Shown piece after piece: positions 51,431 through 61,965 of a stretch of DNA of 64,000 bases. The translations under genes were made by a program, and so were the position numbers. Source of the DNA: Podarcis pityusensis. Its lineage: Eukaryota. How positions within the stretch are numbered: position 1 is the first letter of the stretch; each line of letters opens with the position of its first letter. The stretch lies in NCBI GenBank assembly GCA_964106645.2, contig OZ067052.1, one strand, 5' to 3'. The notes under the pieces are model-generated. The model was not told where the DNA came from. It was given only the letters and a program-made list of their open reading frames with translations, and ran no database searches.

Positions 51431-54400
51431 AATAGGGTGCTACTCTTTGCTGTGGACAATAAATAAAACCTGAATGTGTGAAGGCACTGTTTGGACCCAG
51501 GAATTATCAATGGTCCTGGAAGAAATAAGCAGAAAGATGACAAATGATGACTCTGCATCCGAAGGGGAGATTATTTGTGGCTCTAATATATAGCTCTTGC
51601 ATTGCTGAGCTAATATGAAAAATAGCAGGAAAAAGGTGAGCTCGCACTCATATTCGCATGGGCAACATTTATGCACAGAGGATTGCGTTCTGCAAAGAAA
51701 AGGCATATTAAACTAATAACTGTGCATGCAAAACTGTTGGGATGTGCAAGGAGTCTTCCAATCTTCATCTTTTTCATTCTTATTGCATCTCTATGAGGTA
51801 AGGCATCCCTATTCTTAGCCTAAGGAAATTGAGACTGAGAGACAGCAGTTTGCCATCTCACAAACCTAGTTATTTGTATCTGACACTCTCTCAGAAAGAT
51901 TCAGGGCAGCTGTGCTGTGGTTCCCTAGTGGTTCCCAATCTATAAAGTGTGGCCTGCTAAGTTTTAACTTGCATGAGTTCAAACATTACCTTAGTTGATT
52001 CCCCAATGTCCTGAGGGATTTGAACCCAAGTCTTTTGAGGTATGGATCCAACACTTGGTCTACCCTAGCTCTCCATCACTGTGCTTCTGCCTGTATCTGA
52101 AGAAGTGCCTGAATAGCTTTTAGATTGCCAGAGTCCTCCTGGGACTATTATAATGGAAAATGGATAATGATTGCAGGAAAGAGAAAGAGAAGACCTCACT
52201 CTTCAGCTTTGTTCCATCAGGGAAAAATTGAGTTACATGAAGTGCCTGTTCCAGGGCTTGCCAAGAGTAGAGTAAAATTCATTCATGGAGCGAAAGAACC
52301 TTTTAGAGCCCCCTTTCCTCTGAACACATGATTAGTCTGTTTGGATCACAGGAGTGAAGTGAGGCACCCTGCAAGTCAGAGCGGGTTCCGTGGAAGAGTG
52401 TTTGCCCATTAAAAATAATTCCACTGATTGAGAAGACCATTAAAAGTTAGTGACTACATTCATTACAGATTAACTTATACCGTACTTAAGCCTGCTCTCC
52501 TGAGCTGGTCACTAATTGCGCTGGAGATGATTTATCAAGTGCCCTGGATTTTCTATTACAAAATAAGTGATTAAAAGCTAATACATTTTACCCACAATAG
52601 AATCAAGTAAAATTACTGCAGCCAGAGTCAGAACTTGGCCGCAGCATTCACAGAACTCCTCAGTGTGCAGGAGGGTGAGTGCTTCACTAAGAAAGAATGT
52701 TTTGCCCTTGAATGAAGAAAATTAATGGACGGGGTGCAGGTGGACATCCCAGAACAGGCTCACAGGTATCGAACTTCTATAATGGTTGGGGTTTTCCTCC
52801 AGTGAGCGCCTCCAGAAGCTGAATGGAAATCATTCTGCTTTAAGTTCTTTTCGAAAAATAATGCAGGAAAGTAATTGTCGTATAACAGCGAGGGGCAAAC
52901 CAGCATCACTTGAATTCTTTCTCTCACTCTACCTACTTAAGGGAGCCTTCAGGGGCCTAGTGATGGCACGTGTTGCAATTTATTTTTCTCTACTGACGTG
53001 TCACCCAGGCTCACAATGCCTTGCTGCAACCCTTTTAAAAAGAGGGTTGATTGGCTGATTGAGGAATGGGATCCATGGACAGTTTCCCTGCAGCGTTTAA
53101 AGAATTCTCAAACAAGCAGCAATCCTCAATGAAGTTAGCCAAAGCAAACTCCCCATGACACTTTTTCAGGTACAGAATAGAGAAAGGTGCCTTACACCAA
53201 CACATTGGCCTATCTAATTCAGGACTATATACGCTGATTGGTAGAGGTTCTCCATGGTTTCAGACTGAGGGGGAGCATCTTTTCCCAGTCCTACCTGGGA
53301 TTTAACCTGGGACCTTCTGCATCCAGAGTATGTGTTCTACTAAAGAGCCACATTGCACTTTGAGCAAGAGAGGAGCCCCAGTGACAAAGCATCAAGGTAA
53401 CAAGTGAGTTTGACAGCAGGGCGAGAACACCAGGGCAGCAAAATGTCTCACCTTTTTATCTATCAAAGCACAATTTTTCAAGTAAACAAATTCAATATGT
53501 AGCAACAGCAGGCATGCAGGCAGAAAGCCAGCAGGGGTTTGAGAGCTTTCCAGCCTACTACATAAAGAGCTACATCAGGGCCGGACTGACTGGAGTCAGA
53601 TAGTTGCCTTGAGTGGTAGAAGCCCAAGAGGCAGCACCCAAAGCAGCAGAAAAGCAGCACCGGCAGCTGGTAAGATCTCAGCAGGTAGCTCTTAGAGAGC
53701 ATGAGATCTCCTAAGATTTTGGCGAGACCTTGCCAGAAGCCAGCGCTCTGCGGGTTGCCACCATGCCACACAAGTAAGGAAGGCTTGCAGGGCAGCACAT
53801 TCCCATGATGCCTCAAGTGGAGAAATGGGATGTGCCACCTGAGTCGCATGCATGACTCTCTGCGGGACAGGTAAAGAAGAGGCTGTGTGCAGGCTGAGCT
53901 GAGGAGTCTCAATGTCTGGATCAGACCGTGGCACCAGGGGGAGGGCTTTGGGTTTCTTAGGCACCGGGGAATGTTTAGGGGCAAGCCAGGCCAGGATGAA
54001 AAGGATCGTCTCCATTTGAACCAGATAGCTGGTGCTTAAAAGTTAGCAGACCAGCTTTTAAATGTCGGGAAATTGACAGAAGCTGAGGACCGTCCAGTCT
54101 GGGGTGAACCATGCCTAAGGAACCAGGGTAATCTTTTTTTCCCTGGTGGTCCAAAAGGGAACAAGTAGAGCTAGGCAATGGAAGTGCAGGGGACGCAAAA
54201 GCCATTCAAATATGTCAAAGTGCTATGAGTTATATATGCTAGTTCAAGTGCTTGCTTTTAAAGGAGAGCATAGATACAGTGGTGGAATGAAGAAAACCAA
54301 TGGACACAGTTATCTCTGGATACAACCTACTATGGGAAGCACAAGGCAGGGAAGGGCATACTAGGTTGTAGTGTCGTTCTTTACATTGAAAGACCCTGTC

Positions 54401-54482
54401 TAAGCCTTAGCTTAATATTTGGTCTAATGGATAACCCTTCTGCTCTGAACTTATTGACAAATCATTCCAGTCTCATTCTGCT

Positions 54483-54534
54483 GGCTAGGCAAATAGAAGC
54501 ATTTATAGGGCTAGGCAAATAGAAGGATTTATAG
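54483..54534. repeat. 26-bp tandem duplication (1 mismatch)
   Basis: ggctaggcaaatagaa g(c/g)atttatag occurs twice in tandem. Confidence 0.9.
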
Positions 54535-56296
54535 ATGCATCTTCTTTTTACCACACTATAGAGTGAAAATTAGTAGGTGCATTAAGATGCATTAAGATTT
54601 TCTCTTTCTATTGCATCAGCTGTCCAGGGCTACAGTTGTAATTATTGGGTCTTTCAGAGGAGAAAGACATTCGAAAACCACTTGCTATCCCCCAGGTGGT
54701 GCTTGTTAACATTCTGACTACATGACTTGGATTAAATGTTATACACTTTTTAGACAGTAATACATATACATTTAAGCATCCAGGGCTTGCTTCAAGGTCT
54801 ATCCCTTGGACTGTGAAGAAAACACAAGTGGCTATTCAAACTGTTCCAACATTGTTGCTACAAATTTCCCCATCATCATTCTGTGTACACAAACCAACTG
54901 TTGCTCCCATCTTTTTTCTTTTTTTATTACTGCAATTTGCAAACAAGAGAGGTGCTTAATGACAAGACTAAATATTTGAAAGTACTGGAATTAAGTGTAC
55001 GACGTGGATTGCTACTTCCCATGCAATTTTCCGCTTTGCTAACTTTTAGATACGTTACCCATCTAATTTTCCTGCATCACACATTTAACAGTGGGCCCCA
55101 TTCCTTGTAGTAGATTTGCTGCTTAAGAGACAAGTTATAGAATCATACCTCAAGTGCGTAAGATTTACAACTATACTGGCACAATAAGGGAAGTGGGACA
55201 CCTTCAATCAATGAAGGGTATGTACTTGCCATCTGGGTCAACAACATGGGGGGGGGGCAGTCTGTGTGTTTTACGATTTGTTAGAACAATATTCTTAACT
55301 GCATAATGAAACAATATTTAGCGTACCTTATTTCTTCCAGTAACATATGCTGAGTTAACTGCTTGGATTTAACCGTCTACACTGAGCATGCTCAGTAAAT
55401 TGAACACACTCCAAACCAGCAGTGCATCTTCAGGCAAGATGTCGAACTGGGTGGGAGGGGAACGGTGATGTACGCAATCTACTCTCAGCAGGATATGTGC
55501 TGACAAAACAGTAGCAGCCACAAACCAAATGTAATGTGGCATTCAGGACTTGAATTACCAGCTGCCAACCCTACCCACTGCTGCTCATTTGGAAAACAAT
55601 TTTGAGAAGCTGAGTACAGAAAACTAGGTGCAAAAAAGAAAGAAAGAAAGAAATGCAGGGAGGGAGAAGAAGCAAAAGACAATTTTGCTGGTTTGATGAG
55701 GAAGATGATGAGACTTGCCTTGGGACACCTAATATTGACTGTTCATGAAATGTTCAGTAGTGCTTGAGGGGAGAAAAAAACCAAAACATTATCCTAAAAC
55801 TTGGCAATGTGGGAATGAATACAAACAGTGGCAAGTTTGTGGCGTAGCCAAATTTGCACTTTAGGATCTAAAACCAATTCCCTTGTGCCTCTGCATACTC
55901 TGACGGTTAGTCATTGTACATACTCTCCATGACTTAGGTCTCCAATGGACGGCTTTCCTGCTCTGCCGGCCTGGTTTAAGGCCTCCAAAAAGGATTCGGA
56001 GCGCTAATGCAGAATATTAAGAAGGTTAATGTTCTGTAGGAAGCCTTGAGTGTACAATGCTTGCTGAAATTAAACTTGGCCTCAAATCATAAAGCACTTA
56101 CATATGAGTAACTCCCATTGGCTTAAGTGGGAACTACTCACAAGTAAGTGTACTTAGAATTAAAAGAAGGGTCACTTTTTTTCTTTTACAACGGTCAATT
56201 GACTACCCCCCGCCAGACCACCAAGGGCCCTTGCAGAATAATAAAATGTCCTGATTGAATTTGGTAGGCCCAAGTTTGGGAGATAATGATCACTGT

Positions 56297-56464
56297 ACTA
56301 TGCATCCAGGTGTTCAGCATTGCTCTACACAGGTTGACCTACACTTCCAATCAAACCGCGGCTACACTGCAACTGCCATGCTCTTTCGAGCCGACAAGAA
56401 CCTATAATATCAACTCAACAATGCATGTTCTACAACTACGTCTACTGCTACCGGTTACAACTAC
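56297..56464 (-). promoter_or_regulatory. Cluster of 10 RUAG Musashi-binding-type motifs in the MSI2 intron
   Basis: Plus-strand CTA at 56298, 56325, 56339, 56362, 56402, 56430, 56436, 56442, 56448 and 56461. All read GUAG or AUAG on the transcript; three are full (G/A)UAGU elements. Confidence 0.6.
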
Positions 56465-56562
56465 GACAAGTGCATGCATTTAGTTCAGTCCCACAGATAC
56501 ATAACACTCTAAGAACAGGCAAGGGGAGATGTGAGATGTTTCACGAACAACAAGTGTTTTGT

Positions 56563-56568
56563 TTTATT
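56563..56568 (-). terminator. Intronic polyadenylation signal AATAAA for the candidate alternative last exon
   Basis: Minus strand cttacttAATAAAacaaaacacttgttgttcgtg, preceded by ~140 nt of U-rich UTR-like sequence. Confidence 0.55.
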
Positions 56569-56706
56569 AAGTAAGGGAAAGTAATTTTTAAAAAAACCAA
56601 AAGAGAGAAAGTGTACTAAAATAAACAAAAATAAATATATATTTTTTAAAAGAGAGAGAAAGAGAGAGAGAGAGACATTTTTCAAGAGTTGGATATGAGT
56701 CGTTTC

Positions 56707-56720
56707 TTAAACCGTTTCAT
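56707..56720 (-). CDS. MSI2: Candidate MSI2 alternative last exon, coding part (D)ETV-stop
   Basis: Acceptor ttttttttgcttgttcag|AT GAA ACG GTT TAA. A phase-1 join gives GAT GAA ACG GTT TAA. AATAAA lies at 56568-56563 with a GU-rich element downstream. Confidence 0.55.
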
Positions 56721-59700
56721 CTGAACAAGCAAAAAAAACATGCAACCAGCTGCTACTAACAAGAAGCTGGACACAGAGAGAGGATTAATAGGTGTGGACA
56801 AACCTTCCTGCTGAGCGTGCTCAGAAGAGTGTTTGAGAGGAGTGCACGTCCCAGTGTAAGAGAGGCCGGAAAGAATGCCTCAGAGACACCCTCTCTCACA
56901 GCAGCCCCAACCAAGCAAGAGAGAAAACAACAAGAACATAACTGCTCACACTCACCATCAAGGTCAGTAGCTCATGTTATGAGATTGGTTATAGCTGGCA
57001 AGTATAAAGGACAGTAAGGAACTGGTGAACTCAGGATTTCAGAAGTAGGAGCAGGACTTTGGCCAAGGTGCAGGGGAGCAAGAAGGAACTCTGGGGGATC
57101 TTTCTGTTTGGGAGTTTTACCACTTCGTTCTTAGTGCAGTCACTCACAAGTGGTCAAGCAAGTAGACTTTGGTGCCTCCCCACGGCCAGGCAACAGAATC
57201 ACTGGCCATCTCATTTTCCAGCCACGAGGGAAGAAACTAAAGCCACAGAACTATCTGGCTAATGCATTTTACTTTCCAAATTTTATATTCCTTTAAAAAA
57301 CAAAGCAAAACCCCGAATTAACCCCGCTTCCCAACTTCACCTTTGTGAAACAAAGAAGCAAACAGCATTTTCAGGAAAGGGTGGAATCGGCTCAGTGTAC
57401 TATTAACGGGGTAGAAGAACGGACATGGTGGTCTTCCACCATCTATCCAAATAAAGCGTGTGAGGGGTGCTCCATGCAGGGGCCTGTATGCATGATGGCC
57501 CAATGCAGGAGGAATTGCATGAATCAGGGCACTGGATACACAGAGCTCCCCCATGGGGGAGGAGAAGGGCACCCACCCACTTCATGGACTGCTGACGATG
57601 CTTGGTTGAGTGTCTGAACTGGGCGGCGGCGGGGGGGGGGGAGGGCACACTAAACACTGGTGCTTTAAATATGCCAGAGGAAAAAATCACCTCAAACCAT
57701 CAATACCTTTCCAGTAAACTCTGCCCCAATGGCTCCCTTCCCTACAAGTGGATTTTGCCAACAGGCAAAGAGGTTTGTGCATCAAGCTGCCACCTCCATC
57801 AAACTGAATGGGGAAGCCTGCCCACGAAATCCATACATGCTCGGAATTGTAACAGAAAAGTGCTATTGATAGTGAAACTTGTGCATTGGAAGAGTTTGTT
57901 ACAAGATGCAGACCATCATGCCAATGTGACCCAGGTCCTGATTCATCAATAACATAATAAGCGGAAAGTGAAACGTTGTCAAGGTGGGTGTAAAGGCTTG
58001 GCTTATATGGAGGGTTGCGATGTCCTCAACAATTGCGTGGTTTTAATAACGGTCGGGCTAACGTTTTGGCACATGGGCACTGCCCATGATGGTTACCAGG
58101 CAGAGCCTCTTTGGTGATAGTCCCACAGCTGCAGAACTCCCTCCCAAAGGAGATAAGATAGGCCCCTTCTACAATGCCATTTAGGTAGGTGGCGGTCAAT
58201 ACATTCTTTTTCCTGCCAAACTTTTAGTTCGTGTTGGGAGGCTGGTTTCATTTGCTTTATCTTGGCTTCTCTCAATGCTCTCCAGTTGTAATTACAGAAG
58301 TGTTTTCACTGTTGTAACCTGCCTTGGGGGACCTTTCAGGGCTGAAAGAAGGTATATAAATGTTTCTATAAATATGAACGAAGAAACATACAGCCCCAGC
58401 TCCCAGGCTAATATCGCCCTGTGATCCTCAGATGAAAGGTAGTATAGCAATTTAGTAAATAAAAAATAAAAATAAAACAAATGTTTCCCCACCAGAATTA
58501 AAAGCATAGGCCCTTGATCCAGGGAGGGGTCATCTGCCTGTGGATTGTAATTAGTAGAGTACCCGTACGGGATGCACAAGAGGCCAGAGTGGGGAGTGAG
58601 GACAGAATTCTCTGCATCCAACAGCCAGCCTTATGAAGTGTGGTTTAAAGATCCATGAACACACAAATTCTTATGTTATGAACCACCCTGAGACCTGAGA
58701 GTATAGGGTGGTATACTATTTTAATAAATAATAATAATTGTGTGTACGGCAGTGCTGCAATCACAGGGCCCAACTACCAACTTCTGCAGGGGTGCAGACC
58801 TTCCCCCCCCCAAAAAAAATCTGTTCAGCAGTGAGAGATCAATAAATATACACTGAACTGATGTCTTGTGGTTTAGACATTTAACATTCGTACATCTTAA
58901 GACACAGGTGTGTCTTCGCTTTAGTAGTCACTTAAGTCATCTTGCAAGTGTGCCCCAAGTGATATTGCTCTAATCATCAAAATATTGAAGCCAATTACTT
59001 CCATTTGTCATTCCCCCTCTGTAATGAATCAGGCCTGAGTGCCATTAACATGAAGCTGACTCCATTGCTCTTAAATACACTTCACTATCAATGCTATTCC
59101 CTTTGATGGAAATGGCTGCAAATGGAATGCTGTCCCTGAGCTGAAGAGGCTTCTTTGTCAATGGAAACCACTTCTGCACATCAACAGACAGTTTCCTTGA
59201 GGGAGCATTAGGGTAGATCTGCAAGTGCAGAGTTTTTCCCCCCCAAAACACACAAGAAATATATACAGGGCACCATACTGCTCTTTAAACTTGCCATATA
59301 TGTTGGTGTTAATTTCAGGGTTAGAATTTTCTTTTTTTTCTTTTTTGGTATCACAAAGTTAATCTGTTCTTTAAAAAAGAAAAAAAAAATCCAAAAAAAT
59401 TAAACAAAAAAACAAAAAAAACAACCAAATGATATCAAGCAGAGAAATTGGCTGACACTCAGTTCAGCTGTGATGGGACACTCTGATTAAAACAGGACAA
59501 CAGTGAAGATCAGACTTAATCTGGCAGAACCCTTGTCCTTTTTGTGGGAAAATTGATCATCTCTATTTAAAATTAAACTGGAACCAAATGGGCCCAAAGT
59601 GTAGGTAAGGGACGAGGGAATCTGTCCATTCTTCCTCAAATAATAAATGGAATCCTTTTCAGAAAAGGATTTTGAAAAAGGAAAAAAAAAATCCCTTTGC

Positions 59701-61848
59701 TATCTTTGAGCAAACCAACCCTTGGACTTTCCCTACATACAACGATAAAATGCTACGGATGAATCCTTTGTAGCCCCGCAAGCAGTGCCAGTTTGCATGG
59801 AACGGAGTTCTCCAAACATCCCACTTTGGACCCTAAATAATTCAGTCTCCCCCCCACCCCCGCCAAAGTCTATTGCGGTGTGTGTGTTGCTGCTTGACAG
59901 CACGTTCCCCACCTCTGGGACCTTTTGTTTTGTGTCAGTTTGAAGAGGCCTATAGCTAATGAGTGTAGGAATTTCCATGTCAAAGAACAAGCTTCATCAT
60001 GAGAGAGCTGAATAAAACAGTTACCTCCAAGTTGTTTGCTACATGTCTCAACGTGTACAATCTGGCTGGGGAATTTGGGCCCAATCGTGTTGTCTCCAAT
60101 TGCCCCCCCCACCACCCCCGGTGCAATAACCCAGTTAATATTAGCAAGAACAAACGGCCGGATAAACGCACAAGACAGTACACAGAGATGAGCAAGCAAG
60201 ATAGATTGGGGAGCAATAAAACCCACTGAAAGCAGCAGTCTACCCTTTGTCCTTGCTTTGTATTTAGGGTTCAGAATGGCTTCAGGCACAACCAAGGTAT
60301 CAGCCAACAAGCAAATACAGCAAAAGAGAGGCACTGGTAAGTCTTAGCAGCCCACTCATGATTTCACTCAATTATGCCAAAGGGATAATTCACTTTCCCC
60401 TAAATTGGAATGCTAGGATATAATAGCGGCTTAACTACTTCCCCTAGCAGGAGGGGCACTGGAGAACAGAGTGGATGGAAGTGGAGCTTTTTATAGGTGG
60501 GCAAACATTTCTCATGAAACTGGAGCCAGAGTTTGCAGCAGGTAACAAAAGATGGAACAATATTCACGCTCAAAGAGCAAAAGGTAGTTTTAAAGGTGTC
60601 TGCAAAAGGTTATACCCTTCAGAGAGCCATTCCAATGTACGCCAAGGTGGAACACCCGTGATTTAGGTTGAACTCCTAAAACTGCAACTGACTTCAAACT
60701 ATGGTGCAATTTAGACATCATGCCATGTCGCCGTTTGTGCTAACCCTAGTTTAGAACCAAAACCTTGGTATGAGCTTCCAAACATACTAGCAGACCACAG
60801 TTTAGAACAGCTTGTCTGCTGTTATATTCTGCTACTCAGCTTCCATCAAATCACTCTCATCTCCCTTTTGGTACAGCTTCTGGAGGTCAAACAATGGCTA
60901 TCAATATCACACCAAACCAGAGTTAGCACAAAATCCAGTTTGTAAATCAACTTCCCTCATTGTATCAGATTCTGGTTTGTTGGCCAATTGCAAACTATGG
61001 TTTTGTCAATTCAAACATCACACCAGAACCATGCTTAAGCACCCCAACCATATTTTAGTGAGATGTCTGAACTAAGAAGTAACTGGGGAGAACTATTTTT
61101 CTAGCATCCAGGTCCAGCTGACCAGACTTGTCAGCTAAAAATGGCACGAGAGAAGGCAAGCTGCACTGCTCACCCTATTCTGTATAATAGTAGACCTGTT
61201 CGCATTGGCCAGATCTGGAGTGCCACCATTTCAAAGGGCAGGGACACACACTATAGTTCCCTTTTCTCACGAGACAGATGAATAAACAGAACTTACTAAA
61301 TAGCTGAATGCTAAGCTGATTTGTAGGAGGTTGATCATGGTACCCTCCATAGATCAAAGTTTGATAGAGCATTCCTAAACACCATAATTTGGAATCCTTG
61401 CTGATATTAATGAATATGTGGTTTCTTGCTTTGGATTGGGCCACCACTGAGAGTAACTTGCTCACTGCATTCATCCCAAACATTAAAGTTGGAGATGCAG
61501 GTTGCTGCCCTAACAAGTTGAGGAATTAACAGGTGTGTGTGTATATGCGGGTGTGAGTGTGGTTGCATTGTTAGCCCAGTGCAAACTGTGGAGAAATGAA
61601 AACTTTTGTTGTCCTTGACATTTTCATAAAAGGTCCAGTTGACAGCTCCCAGTAGGGTGGACTTTGTATTGGGTGGATCCGCAAAGACCATCTGGTCTTA
61701 CAGCCTATGCTCTGCTCTGAGTTATGGGCTCTGCTTGTAGTATTTGGTTTTCTTTGGTGGGTATCCCCGCACCCCCAGATCACTGTGAGAAAAGTCAGAG
61801 AAAGGGATGGACAGCTGCAGCCACATAGAATACCGACAGAGCTTTTAC

Positions 61849-61905
61849 CTGGCCCTGCATTCTGAAGGTATGCCATGTAGCCGCCTCTTCCACGGCCCCC
61901 CCTAC
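61849..61905 (-). CDS. MSI2: MSI2 alternative 5' splice-site extension (57 nt, 19 aa: GRGGRGRGGYMAYLQNAGP)
   Basis: The frame stays open past the first donor to a second donor CCAG|gtaaaa (GT at 61848-61847). Length is a multiple of 3. The peptide appears in ORF 61571..61927. Confidence 0.78.
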
Positions 61906-61965
61906 CTGATCCTCTTGCTGCTGCCACTGCCGCTGCTACTGGTCCGTAGGCTGCTGCCGGAAAAC
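61906..61965 (-). CDS. MSI2: Musashi-2 internal coding exon (Ala-rich, phase 1-1): (G)[19 protein letters not shown](G)
   Basis: Minus strand reads ...tttttccccacggccag|GTTTTCCGGCAGCAGCCTACGGACCAGTAGCAGCGGCAGTGGCAGCAGCAAGAGGATCAG|gtaggg. The peptide matches the known MSI2 segment [21 protein letters not shown]; AG/GT sites are canonical; 60 nt. Confidence 0.96.

Noticed and set aside
55719-55728. Possible 10-nt microexon with GC donor (ag|GTGTCCCAAG|gcaagt)
   Set aside because: There is no polypyrimidine tract upstream; insufficient support.
56682-56720. ATG-initiated micro-ORF MKRFKKRLISNS right at the candidate acceptor
   Set aside because: Upstream MSI2 donors are phase 1, which gives DETV*. 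No promoter evidence supports independent initiation here.
56754-56760. Perfect branch-point/QKI motif TACTAAC
   Set aside because: It is on the plus strand, antisense to MSI2; on the transcript it reads GUUAGUA.
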